64,000 bases of DNA from a candidate division WOR-3 bacterium (GCA_039801085.1 JBDRTY010000002.1:193339-257338); one strand, 5' to 3'. Positions 26,151-35,797 are shown, counted from the first letter of the stretch. A program made the numbers and translations. The notes: generated by a model not told the origin, from the letters alone.

Positions 26151-26633
26151 ATGCTGAATATGCGGAGGTCCTGGCAGGAGAAATTAAGGAATAGTAAGGA
26201 TTTGCCTAAGGTGGTTGAAATTACGCCGAAGATGGCGGGAAAATGGGGGACAAAGCCGGGTGATACGGTAGTGATTCCGGCGCCGATTGAGGTTGATGAG
26301 ATTATGAGGATGGTGCCGAAAGGCAGGCTCATCACTATTAATCAGATTCGGGAAATTCTGGCAAAGAGGCATAAGGCAACCATCGGCTGTCCGATTACCA
26401 CCGGTATCTTTGCCGCTATTGCTGCCCGCGCGGCTGATGAGATGGCAAAAGAAGGCAAGCGGGATTTTACCCCTTACTGGCGGACACTGAAACAGGGAGG
26501 AGTGATTAACGAGAAATATCCGGGCGGAGCAGAGGCGCAAAAGAAATTCTTGGAAAATGAGGGGCATAAGGTGGTGAAGAAGGGCAGGAAATTTGCTGTA
26601 TTGGATTATGAGCAGAAATTGCTGCGGTTGTAG
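26151..26633 (+). CDS. MGMT/ATL-fold (O6-alkylguanine-DNA alkyltransferase-like DNA-binding domain) protein lacking the catalytic cysteine
   Basis: Its ATG is 1 nt after the previous stop. It aligns to the Ogt/Ada C-terminal domain: VPKGRLITINQIREIL matches IPCGQVMHYGQLAEQL; AARAAD matches AARAVG; TPYWRTL matches VPCHRVI (Cys becomes Tyr, His becomes Trp); KYPGG matches GYAGG; and KKFLENEGH matches KEWLLRHEG. Confidence 0.55.
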   Translation: MLNMRRSWQEKLRNSKDLPKVVEITPKMAGKWGTKPGDTVVIPAPIEVDEIMRMVPKGRLITINQIREILAKRHKATIGCPITTGIFAAIAARAADEMAKEGKRDFTPYWRTLKQGGVINEKYPGGAEAQKKFLENEGHKVVKKGRKFAVLDYEQKLLRL

Positions 26634-26800
26634 TAAGCGGCAAATCGGGGATCAAAGCGAAAAGACAGACGGGTGGTTTACGCTGGTTGACTAAACCCCT
26701 GTTTTCCTTGCAACCTTAGCGGATTTGAATTAGTCTATTTATTATAGATATAACATTTTGTTTTTCGAGGGTTGGATAATTTCTCAAAAAGGAGCAGACT

Positions 26801-27799
26801 ATGGATGAATTGAAGGACGACATCAGACGAATTCACGAAGAGATCGAGCGGGAGAGTCTGTTTGTCCAGACGCTGACCGCGGAAATCGGCAAGGTGATCG
26901 TCGGTCAGAAGTATCTCGTAGAGAGGCTCTTGGTCGGGCTCTTGGCAAACGGGCATATCCTGATTGAGGGTGTGCCGGGTCTTGCCAAGACCTATGCGGT
27001 CAAAAGTCTGGCGGGCGCAATCAGCGCCCGGTTTCAGCGGATTCAGTTTACACCGGACCTGCTGCCGGCCGATATCATCGGCACCCAGATTTACAATCAG
27101 CGCACCGGCGAGTTTACCGCCCGCAAAGGTCCGGTGTTTGCCAATTTTGTGCTTGCAGATGAGATCAACCGGGCACCGCCGAAGGTCCAGAGCGCACTCC
27201 TCGAGGCGATGCAGGAACGGCAGGTAACGATCGGCGAACAGACCTTCAAACTTGAAGAGCCGTTTCTCGTGCTCGCAACCCAGAACCCGATTGAGCAGGA
27301 AGGAACCTATCCCCTGCCCGAAGCTCAGGCGGACCGGTTTCTGCTGAAGCTGAAAGTTGGTTACCCGACAAAGGAGGAGGAAAAGCAGATTGTTGAGCGG
27401 ATGACAAAGGGAGCAGAGCCGAAGACCGCACCGGTGGTTGATCTTCCGACCATTCTCCGCGCCCGGGAGCTGTGCACCAAGATTTATGTGGATGAGAAGA
27501 TCAAGGATTACATCCTGAATCTGGTCTTTGCCACCCGTTTTCCGAAGGAGCACAACCTTGCTGATCTGGCATCATTGATCCGTTATGGAGCTTCACCCCG
27601 GGCGTCAATCTATCTCCTGACCGCAGCGCGGGCGCTGGCATTCCTCAAACGGCGCGGTTTTGTCATTCCCGAGGACATCAAGGAGCTGGCTTATGATGTC
27701 CTGCGCCACCGGATCATCCTGACCTATGAGGCGGAGGCAGAGGAGCTGACCGCTGATGATATCATCCGGCGGGTGCTGGAAGGCGTTGAGGTCCCGTAG
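26801..27799 (+). CDS. moxR: MoxR-family AAA+ ATPase (first gene of the Bat operon)
   Basis: It has Walker A (GVPGLAKT) and the MoxR-typical N-terminus and length. Confidence 0.9.
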   Translation: MDELKDDIRRIHEEIERESLFVQTLTAEIGKVIVGQKYLVERLLVGLLANGHILIEGVPGLAKTYAVKSLAGAISARFQRIQFTPDLLPADIIGTQIYNQRTGEFTARKGPVFANFVLADEINRAPPKVQSALLEAMQERQVTIGEQTFKLEEPFLVLATQNPIEQEGTYPLPEAQADRFLLKLKVGYPTKEEEKQIVERMTKGAEPKTAPVVDLPTILRARELCTKIYVDEKIKDYILNLVFATRFPKEHNLADLASLIRYGASPRASIYLLTAARALAFLKRRGFVIPEDIKELAYDVLRHRIILTYEAEAEELTADDIIRRVLEGVEVP

Positions 27800-27831
27800 A
27801 AAGAAGACTTAATTTGTGAGTACTGCGAGCG

Positions 27832-28734
27832 ATGAACCGGACAGGTGCGCGGGTTGAGCTGAGCAGAATCCGGCAGGTTGAGATCCGGACCAAGCGACTG
27901 GTTAATACCATCTTTGCCGGTGATTACCGTTCCAGTTTCAAGGGCCGGGGTGTGGAGTTTGCCGATGTCCGGGAATATCTGCCAGGTGATGATGTGCGCA
28001 CGATTGACTGGAGTCTGACCGCAAGGTTCGGCAGGCCGTTTGTCAAGCAGTTTGCCGAGGAGCGGGAGCTGCTGGTGCTGCTGCTGGTTGATGCCTCAGG
28101 TTCAAACCGTTTCGGGACTCGGGGACAGTTCAAACTGGAGCAGGCGGCACTTGTTGGTGCCACCCTTGCCTTTTCCGCCATCCGGAACAACGACAAGGTC
28201 GGACTGGTGTTCTTCACCGACCGGATTGAGCGCTTTGTGCCCCCGGCAAAGGGGAGGTTTCATGTCCTGCGGCTTGTCCGGGATATACTGTATTTTGAGC
28301 CGACCGGACTCGGAACTGAACCAATAACCGCACTCAATTTTGTCATGCATATCCTCAAGCGCCGGGCGATTGTTTTTCTGATTTCGGATCTGCTCGGTCC
28401 GGGGTTCAGTCCGGAGCGGATTGAAAAGCCGCTCGGGGTGGTAAGCCGGAGGCATGATCTGATTACAATCAGCATCAACGACCGGGCTGAAGAGGAACTG
28501 CCGCAGCTGGGGCTCGTGGAGTTTGAAGATGCTGAGACCGGCAGACAGCTGCTGGTAAATACGGCGAGCATTCGGACCCGGCAGTATGTAAGCGCGCAGA
28601 TTCAGAAGCGGCGTGAGGCGATGGCAAGACTGTTTCAGCGCTTCGGTGTGGACTGGATTCAGCTCAGGACCGGCGAGGAGTTTACGCCGGTGCTGCACCG
28701 GTTCTTTCAGGAGCGGGCGAGGAGATATCGCTGA
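27832..28734 (+). CDS. DUF58 domain protein (vWA-like)
   Basis: It carries the DUF58 signature FKGRGVEFADVREYLPGDDVRTIDW. Confidence 0.85.
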   Translation: MNRTGARVELSRIRQVEIRTKRLVNTIFAGDYRSSFKGRGVEFADVREYLPGDDVRTIDWSLTARFGRPFVKQFAEERELLVLLLVDASGSNRFGTRGQFKLEQAALVGATLAFSAIRNNDKVGLVFFTDRIERFVPPAKGRFHVLRLVRDILYFEPTGLGTEPITALNFVMHILKRRAIVFLISDLLGPGFSPERIEKPLGVVSRRHDLITISINDRAEEELPQLGLVEFEDAETGRQLLVNTASIRTRQYVSAQIQKRREAMARLFQRFGVDWIQLRTGEEFTPVLHRFFQERARRYR

Positions 28735-29684
28735 TGGTGCTGGTGGCGGTGCTTCTGATTCTGGCTCAGATGCCGTCGGATTCGCTGTTTGCTGACTCAG
28801 CACCCGCAGGTCCGCAACTGGTCGAAAAGGGTCCGGTGCGGGTGGAGTGGCAACTGGTAAGAAAGCCCCGGGTGCTGACGGTTGGTGATCATATCAGGCT
28901 GAGACTGCGGGTGTATCATCCCCGCACGATTGCGGTCTCACCGCCCCTGCCGGCAGACCCGGATGAGGTGGTGGTGCTGGAACAAAAGCATCATATCCAG
29001 TACCGCGGTGATACGGCAGTTGATGTCTATGATCTGACGCTGGCGGTTTTTATGATTGGAGAAAGGAAGCTGGCGCCATTTCTGGTCGGCTATCAGCAGC
29101 AGAACCGGAGCTATCTGGCAGCTTCGGAGTCCATTCCACTAACGGTGCGGAGTCTGATTTCAGAACAGATGCAGGACATCAATGATTTGAAGCCCCAGGT
29201 TACCTTCCCCAATCTGATACCGCTGTGGATTGCACTGGGGCTTGCCGGTGCCGGGCTTGCCGGTTACTTCGGCTGGCGGTTGTGGCAGCGGCACCGGTGT
29301 CGGCAGCAGGCGCTGGCGCCAACTCTTCCTCCCTGGGAGGAGGCGCTGGCGGCACTTGCCAGCCTGCCGGTTGATGATTGGCTGAGTGCCGGTCAGGTCA
29401 AGCGGCTGTATTATACCGTTTCGGAGATTGTCAAGCGCTATCTCACCCGCCGGTTTGAATTTCCGGCGGTTGACCAGACCAGCACCGAAATTGTGCGGGA
29501 ACTGAAGAGCCGGAAGGTAGCGGTCAGCGAGCGATTCGCCACCTTCTTTCTGGACGCAGATCTCGTGAAGTATGCCAAGTATCTGCCCGCCGAGCCTGCT
29601 TCAGTGGTCAATCGGGCGCGGGAGCTGGTGGAACTGACCAAGCCGGCTCCGGAAACGGCGAGCCCGGCAGCGGAGGCAAAATGA
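28734..29684 (+). CDS. Hypothetical membrane protein of the Bat operon
   Basis: Its position is conserved between the DUF58 gene and batA. It has one TM segment and a C-terminal helical domain. Confidence 0.55.
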   Translation: MVLVAVLLILAQMPSDSLFADSAPAGPQLVEKGPVRVEWQLVRKPRVLTVGDHIRLRLRVYHPRTIAVSPPLPADPDEVVVLEQKHHIQYRGDTAVDVYDLTLAVFMIGERKLAPFLVGYQQQNRSYLAASESIPLTVRSLISEQMQDINDLKPQVTFPNLIPLWIALGLAGAGLAGYFGWRLWQRHRCRQQALAPTLPPWEEALAALASLPVDDWLSAGQVKRLYYTVSEIVKRYLTRRFEFPAVDQTSTEIVRELKSRKVAVSERFATFFLDADLVKYAKYLPAEPASVVNRARELVELTKPAPETASPAAEAK

Positions 29685-30661
29685 TGCATTTTGCCAGCCC
29701 GGGATACTTTGCCCTGCTGTTGCTGGTGCCGCTGCTGTGGTGGTGGGAACTGAGGCGGCGGCGGCCGGCGCTGCGCTACAGTGACATCGGGCTGGTGCCG
29801 GAACCGGCGTCCTGGGAACGGGCGCTTAGCCGTCTTCCCCTTGTTCTCTATTCGCTGGCGCTCGTTTTCGGGACGGTTGCGCTTGCGCGCCCCCAGAAGG
29901 GCCGGCAGTTTGAGGAGCTGGAGACCCGCGGGATTGACATCATGCTCTGTCTGGATATCTCCGGTTCGATGCAGGCAATGGACTTTGCCCCGGGCGACCG
30001 GCTTGCCGTTGCCAAGGAGCGGGCAAAGGAGTTTGTCGACAAGCGGCAGGGAGACCGGATCGGGCTGGTTGTCTTTTCGGCGACCAGCCTGACTCAGTGT
30101 CCACTCACGCTTGACCACAGGATTGTCACCGAGATCATTGACCGGCTGCATTTCGGAATGCTGGAGGATGGGACGGCAATCGGCATGGGGCTTGCCAGTG
30201 CCGTTGCCCGGCTTAAGGATTCCAAGGCGAAGGAGAAGGTGATAATCCTTCTGACCGACGGGGTAAACAATACCGGCGACATTGACCCGCTGACCGCAGC
30301 TCAGACCGCAGCGGCACTGGGCATCAAGGTTTACACGATCGGCGTGGGCAGCAAGGGTCCGGTGCCGTTTCCGGTTGACGACCCGATCTTCGGGCGCCGG
30401 TTTGTGCAGGTGGAGGTGGATCTGGATACCGAGACTTTGCAGAAGATCGCCGAGATTACCGGCGGAAAGTTCTTTCTTGCCACCGACCCGCAGGCGCTGA
30501 AGCAGATTTATGACGAAATTGACCGGCTGGAACCGAGTACCTTCAAGACCCGGCGCTGGACGATTTATCAGGAGCTGGCACACAGGCCGCTGTTATGGGC
30601 GCTGGTAAGTCTGCTTGCCGGTGCGGTGGGGAGCATGCTGATTTTCCGGAGGCTGGCGTGA
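29681..30661 (+). CDS. batA: vWA domain protein BatA
   Basis: It has two N-terminal TM segments (LLLLVPLLWWW), a vWA domain with a MIDAS motif (DISGSM), and a C-terminal TM segment. Confidence 0.8.
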   Translation: MMHFASPGYFALLLLVPLLWWWELRRRRPALRYSDIGLVPEPASWERALSRLPLVLYSLALVFGTVALARPQKGRQFEELETRGIDIMLCLDISGSMQAMDFAPGDRLAVAKERAKEFVDKRQGDRIGLVVFSATSLTQCPLTLDHRIVTEIIDRLHFGMLEDGTAIGMGLASAVARLKDSKAKEKVIILLTDGVNNTGDIDPLTAAQTAAALGIKVYTIGVGSKGPVPFPVDDPIFGRRFVQVEVDLDTETLQKIAEITGGKFFLATDPQALKQIYDEIDRLEPSTFKTRRWTIYQELAHRPLLWALVSLLAGAVGSMLIFRRLA

Positions 30662-31659
30662 TCAACTGGGCGCTGCCGGGTTATCTGTGGTTTCTGGCTG
30701 CACCGGTGGTTCTGGTGTTGCTGTGGTTACTTGTCCGGTACCGGCAGGAGCGGCGGCTCCGGCTGGTGCTGGAACCGGTGCTGATCCAGCGGCTGCACAC
30801 CGAGCGCATCCTGCCGGTGGTGGTGGCGCGTTATGGCCTCTTTCTTCTGGCACTCGTCCTGCTGACCGTTGCCCTTGCCCGGCCGCGCTGGGGTGAGCGG
30901 CTGCAGATGTTCAAAGGCAGAGGGATTGCGGTTGTAATTGCACTTGATGCCTCCAAGTCGATGCTTGCTGAGGATGTCAAGCCGAGCCGACTGGCACGGG
31001 CAAAGGCGGAGCTGTCGGCGCTCATTGATGAGCTTGCGGGCAACGCGGTGGGGATCGTCGCCTTTGCCGGCGATGCCCATGCCCTCTGTCCCCTGACCAC
31101 CGACCTGGAGGCGGCGAAGCTGTTTCTTGATATCATCAGCCCGGAGCTGATGCCGGTGCCGGGCACCGATTTCGGCAGGGCAATTGGGGTTGCTCAGGAG
31201 CTGTTTGATCCCAATGCTGCGACCAGGGCGCTGGTTCTCGTCACCGATGGCGAGGACCTGGGCAGAACTACCGAACAGGCGGTGATGGTGGCAAAGGAGC
31301 AGGGTATCCGGATTTATCCTGTGGCGATCAGCACGCCTGAAGGGGCACCGATTCCGGAGTCAGAGGGAACGGGAGTGACCTACAAGAAGGATGCAGGCGG
31401 AAATGTGGTGATTTCCCGGATGGATGAGCGGAAGCTGATTCTTATTGCTCAGGCAACCGGCGGCCGGTTCTTCCGGCTTGAGGGGTTTTCGCCGGAGCGG
31501 CTGCGGGCAGAGCTGGACCGGCTGGAGAAGGAGGAGCTGGGTGGAGGTGAGTTCCGCGGTTATGTGGAGCGCTATCAGGGTTTTCTGCTGGCGGGAATGA
31601 TTATGCTTTTTCTTGCCCTGGTCCTGCCGGAAAGGAAAATTGATTTCAGAAGGTTATGA
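30658..31659 (+). CDS. batB: vWA domain protein BatB
   Basis: The GTG at 30658 overlaps the batA stop. It has a vWA domain (DASKSM). Confidence 0.75.
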   Translation: MINWALPGYLWFLAAPVVLVLLWLLVRYRQERRLRLVLEPVLIQRLHTERILPVVVARYGLFLLALVLLTVALARPRWGERLQMFKGRGIAVVIALDASKSMLAEDVKPSRLARAKAELSALIDELAGNAVGIVAFAGDAHALCPLTTDLEAAKLFLDIISPELMPVPGTDFGRAIGVAQELFDPNAATRALVLVTDGEDLGRTTEQAVMVAKEQGIRIYPVAISTPEGAPIPESEGTGVTYKKDAGGNVVISRMDERKLILIAQATGGRFFRLEGFSPERLRAELDRLEKEELGGGEFRGYVERYQGFLLAGMIMLFLALVLPERKIDFRRL

Positions 31660-32321
31660 AGCGGAGATTCGGACTTTTGCTGTTGATATTCCCGGTATCG
31701 GTGCTGACCGCCGCCGATGTCCGGAGTCTGGTGCGCAGGGGGAACAGCCTTTACCACCGGCAGAAGTTTGAGGAGGCGCTCGCAGTTTACCAGCAGGCGG
31801 AGGTGCTGGAACCGGACAACCTGGGAATTCATTACAATCTGGGCAACACCTATTACCGGCTTAACCGCTATTCGGAGGCAGTTTCCGAGCTTTCGCTGGC
31901 AACGGTCAGTAGAAACCCCAAGGCACGGGCACAGGCGTTTTACAATCTGGGTAATGTCCTTTACCGCGCCGGACAGCTGGACGGGGCGATAAATGCCTAC
32001 AAGCAGGCACTGCTTGCCAATCCAGGAGACCGTCAGGCTAAGGAGAATTTGGAGTTTTGTCTGAAGAAACGGCAACAGCAGAGTCCGCAACCCGATTCAG
32101 CCCAGCAGCAGAAGTCCGGGCAGGACAGACAAAAACCGCAGCAGTCGGCTCAGAACCAGACAGATCAAAAAGCGCAATCTCAGCCTCAAGCCCGGTCCGG
32201 CGGTCAGCTCGACCGTGAGCAGGCGGAGCGGATCCTGCAGGCGGTTCAACAAAAGGAAAGGGAGGCGCAGAAACAGGCGCGCCGGGCAAGGAGACAGAGA
32301 CAGGTGGAAAAGGACTGGTAG
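31656..32321 (+). CDS. batC: TPR protein BatC
   Basis: It has a signal peptide, TPRs and a Gln/Lys-rich C-terminal tail. Confidence 0.7.
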   Translation: MKRRFGLLLLIFPVSVLTAADVRSLVRRGNSLYHRQKFEEALAVYQQAEVLEPDNLGIHYNLGNTYYRLNRYSEAVSELSLATVSRNPKARAQAFYNLGNVLYRAGQLDGAINAYKQALLANPGDRQAKENLEFCLKKRQQQSPQPDSAQQQKSGQDRQKPQQSAQNQTDQKAQSQPQARSGGQLDREQAERILQAVQQKEREAQKQARRARRQRQVEKDW

Positions 32322-32323
32322 AA

Positions 32324-34144
32324 ATGAGCGGTTTTGAGTTCAAAAGACGGCTGACTGCGCTGTCGGCATTAATACTGCTTGCCGGTCTAATCCAGGCAGG
32401 AGAGATCAGTTTCAGCGCCAGTGTTGACCGGACGACGGTCGGGCTGGGCGAGCCCTTTGAGCTGACACTGACGGTGTCCGGGGTAAACATCAGCCGGGTC
32501 CCGCGACCGCAACTGCCGGAGCTTAAGGATTTTGACAATCTCGGTGTTTCCCAGTCCCAGTCCACCAGCATTTCGATCATCAATGGCCGGGTTCAGCAGC
32601 AGACCGCAATCAGCTTTGTCTATACGCTCGTGCCCAGAAAACTGGGAGAGTTGACCATCGGACCGTGCCGGATGGTCTATGATAATACTGAATATACTAC
32701 CGAGCCGATCAGAATTACGGTGGTGAAGTCTGCCACCCGGGCTCAAACCCGAACCCAGCCCCAGCGTCCGATTCCCCCCAGTCCGTTTGACCTGTTTGAG
32801 GAGCCCGAGCCGGAGCCGGCGGGCGGAGATGATGTTTTCCTTGCTGCCGCAGCGGACCGGACCTCGGTTTATCAGGGGGAGCAGGTAACGGTCACCTGGA
32901 CACTCTACACCACCGGTGAGCTTGCCCGCCTGAATCTCAAGGAGACACCAACCCTGACCGGCTTCTGGGCGGATGACATCTATCAGGCACAGGAATTGAG
33001 ATACGAACAGCGGACGGTCCGGGGCAGAGCCTATTATGCAGCAGTGCTGAGAAAGACCGCACTGTTCCCAACCCAGTCCGGAGAACTGCGGGTCGGTCCA
33101 ATGAAGCTTGAGGGTCAGATGGTTACCGGCGGTTTTTTCTTTGGCCGGGCAAGACCGTTCAGTGTCGCATCCGAGCAGTTGAAGATTACCGTCAAGCCCC
33201 TCCCGGAATCGGGCAAACCCGCTTCGTTTACGGGCGGGGTCGGTTCGTTTGAGGTCAGTGCCAGTCTTAGCACCGACCGTTCAACCGGCGGTGAACCGGT
33301 AACGCTGACGATTACGGTCAATGGAACTGGTAATCTCGGACTGCTTACCGCACCGGTTCTGCCTTCGGTGCCGGGTTTGAAAATCCTGACCCCGGAGACC
33401 AAGGATAATTTCAGTTATGCCGGTGGCAGACTTTCCGGTTCCCGGAAGTTTGTTTATCCGGTTCTGCCCACCGCCGATGGCCGATACCGGATTCCGGAGA
33501 TTGAACTGGGCTTTTTTGATCCCAGGACCGGCAGTTACTATGTTAAAAAGACACCGGCACTGGAGTTTGTTGCCACCGATGTGCCGGCAAAATCGGGACC
33601 GGTGGAGACCGCCAGCCCCGGTCTGCGAGTCATCGGTTCGGATATCCGGCACATCAGGGACCGGCTGGTCCGGTCAGCAGGGTGGGAACGGGCTGCCGGG
33701 CTGGAGTTCATTCTTTATCCGCTCGGGCTGCTGCTGCTGATTGGCGGGGTGATTCTGGGAAGACACCAGCGCCGGCTTCAGCTGGACACCGGTTATGCCC
33801 GCAAGAGCCGGGCGTTCCGGCAGGCGCGGCAGCGGCTGAAGCTGGCACAGCGGGCGCTGCGGGAAAAACGGCTTGACGATTTTTACGGTCTGCTCCGTCA
33901 GGCGGTGCTGGGTTTCATCGGTGACCGGACCAATATCGAAGCCGGTGCGCTCACCGGCGCTGAGCTCCAGGCCGAGATGAACCGGTTGGGGGTTGATCCG
34001 GAGCTGGTAAAAGAAATTCTTGAGCTGATTAATCGGTGTGAGATCGCCCGGTTTTCACCCGGGGCGGTGGCGTGTGACCCGGCTGCACTGCTGAGTCAGG
34101 CGGAAAAACTGCTGGGCAGATTTTCAGTGGCAGGTGGCAGATGA
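32324..34144 (+). CDS. batD: BatD (oxygen tolerance protein)
   Basis: It is about 600 aa with a signal peptide and a C-terminal TM segment, in the canonical operon position. Confidence 0.7.
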   Translation: MSGFEFKRRLTALSALILLAGLIQAGEISFSASVDRTTVGLGEPFELTLTVSGVNISRVPRPQLPELKDFDNLGVSQSQSTSISIINGRVQQQTAISFVYTLVPRKLGELTIGPCRMVYDNTEYTTEPIRITVVKSATRAQTRTQPQRPIPPSPFDLFEEPEPEPAGGDDVFLAAAADRTSVYQGEQVTVTWTLYTTGELARLNLKETPTLTGFWADDIYQAQELRYEQRTVRGRAYYAAVLRKTALFPTQSGELRVGPMKLEGQMVTGGFFFGRARPFSVASEQLKITVKPLPESGKPASFTGGVGSFEVSASLSTDRSTGGEPVTLTITVNGTGNLGLLTAPVLPSVPGLKILTPETKDNFSYAGGRLSGSRKFVYPVLPTADGRYRIPEIELGFFDPRTGSYYVKKTPALEFVATDVPAKSGPVETASPGLRVIGSDIRHIRDRLVRSAGWERAAGLEFILYPLGLLLLIGGVILGRHQRRLQLDTGYARKSRAFRQARQRLKLAQRALREKRLDDFYGLLRQAVLGFIGDRTNIEAGALTGAELQAEMNRLGVDPELVKEILELINRCEIARFSPGAVACDPAALLSQAEKLLGRFSVAGGR

Positions 34145-34866
34145 GCAGTCTGGTTTTCATTCTTATTCTCCTGGCCCAGCCGGGGTGGGTTTCAGACTGT
34201 TTTTTGCGGGCAAACGCGGCTTATGAGGCAGGCAGTTATGATGAGGCGATCCGGCTTTACGACTCAACGCTGCTGGGCGTTCAGTCGCCAACGGTTTACT
34301 ATAACCGCGGTAATGCCCATTTCCGGGCAAACCGGATCGGACTGGCGGTCGCCGACTATCTCCGTGCCTGGCGTATGGCGCCCCGGGATCCGGATATCAA
34401 CTATAACCTCAACTTTGCCCGGCAGTTCCGGGTGGACAAAAATCCCGCTCCGGAAGGAGTATGGTCACGGTTGTTCCGGACCATTTTTACCCTGTTCAAC
34501 CCGCCGATTACCAGAATTCTTACCGCATTCAGTTTCTTTCTGAGTGCACTCTTTCTTGCCGGCTATTTTCTCTGGCACCGGTCCGCACTCCTGATTATCG
34601 GGCTGGTGCTGACGGTGCTGTTTCTTTTCGGTCTGGGCTCGGTGCTGTACTGGCGCGGGGCAACCGACCGCAATCTGGCGGTCGTGGTGGTGCCGGAGGC
34701 GGTCCTCCGTGCCGGTCCGGGTGGTGAATACCGGGAGATTGCAGCGGTCCATGACGGGCTGGAGGTGAGGATTGTTGAGCACAGACCTGAGTGGGTGCTG
34801 GTTCAGATTCCGGGTGGACTCGGCGGCTGGATTGAGCGTTCGGCGCTGGAGCGGGTATTTCAGTAG
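34141..34866 (+). CDS. batE: BatE (TPR plus SH3-like domain)
   Basis: It has an N-terminal TPR, a TM segment and a C-terminal SH3b-like domain (WVLVQIPGGLGGWIE). Confidence 0.7.
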   Translation: MSSLVFILILLAQPGWVSDCFLRANAAYEAGSYDEAIRLYDSTLLGVQSPTVYYNRGNAHFRANRIGLAVADYLRAWRMAPRDPDINYNLNFARQFRVDKNPAPEGVWSRLFRTIFTLFNPPITRILTAFSFFLSALFLAGYFLWHRSALLIIGLVLTVLFLFGLGSVLYWRGATDRNLAVVVVPEAVLRAGPGGEYREIAAVHDGLEVRIVEHRPEWVLVQIPGGLGGWIERSALERVFQ

Positions 34867-34876
34867 GCGGTAAAAG

Positions 34877-35797
34877 CTATCTGGTAATTACAATTTTACC
34901 GGCTCTGTTCGCAGCTGATTCCTGCCAGACAAAATAGATACCGGGTACCAATTCCCGGATGCTGTTTACCCCGGGCAGGAGTTCCATCACCTTCCTGCCG
35001 GTGATGTCAAGGAGTGATGCCGGTCCGGTGGAGCGGAGATAGAGCAGATTGCGGGTGATGGTTACGCCGGGTGCAATCTGACGGCCCGGCGACAGCGCGG
35101 TCTGTTCTTCAACCCCGGGACCGCCGTAGAACTGAACGATACGCAGACCCTGTTCACCCGCAGCAAGCAGGGCACAGCCGTTGCTCGTGGCAACTGTGAA
35201 GGCGGTAGGTTCGCCCTAGGTCGTTTCCATCTCATAATCATACCAGCCCGCCTCCTGTGGATATTCAGGGCTGGAGATATCAATAACATCCAGCATCAGC
35301 CAGTCTGCATCAGTCAGATAGGCATAATTGCCAGCCAGGGTTACTCCAACCGCCCAGTTTGGCGTCGGCAGGTGGCTGACCATTTCCGGTTTCTGGGGGT
35401 TGGAGATGTCAATTATTGCAAGTCCGAATTCGCCTGCTGCAATACAGGCATACCCCTCCCGGACTGTAAGCGAATAGCCCCAGTCCGGTAGTTCACATAA
35501 GCCGACCGGCTGCGGGTTGGCAGGATCGGCGATACTGATAATCTGAAGAACACCGTCATCGGTGCCGATATAAGCGAAGCTCTCCTGGGCCGCGATCGCC
35601 AAAGCAACTCCCCTCGTGCGCAACACGCCCACTACCTGTGGCTGGTTGGGATTGGCAATATCGACCATATACAGACTTTCTTCTTCCGTGGCGAAGAGCA
35701 CCAGGGAGCTGCAGCTGGCAACAGATATGGCAGATTTATCCGATTTTATAAGTTTAAAATTTTCATAGACCTGCGCAATTGCACCCCTTGAAACCAT
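34877..35797 (-). pseudogene. LVIVD-repeat protein with T9SS C-terminal domain, interrupted by an in-frame TAG and lacking a signal peptide
   Basis: The frame from 35797 down to 35219 encodes LVIVD-type blades. A TAG lies at 35216-35218. The same frame continues for 113 codons to a typical T9SS CTD (GIYFVWQESAANRAGKIVITR). A TAA sits 3 codons upstream of the first Met, and there is no signal peptide. Confidence 0.6.

Larger units (their letters stand above)
22792..26700. other. Low-GC genomic island (about 40-45% GC against a backbone above 60%) carrying a DNA methyltransferase operon; no integrase
   Basis: There is an abrupt compositional shift right after the marC start codon, and GC returns at the moxR promoter. 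nfi inside the island is GC-rich except for its first about 25 codons. Confidence 0.6.

Noticed and set aside
26735-30583. Minus-strand ORFs 26735..27553, 28102..28803 and 29438..30583 (381 aa)
   Set aside because: They are antisense to moxR, DUF58 and batA. They are low-complexity with no start context.
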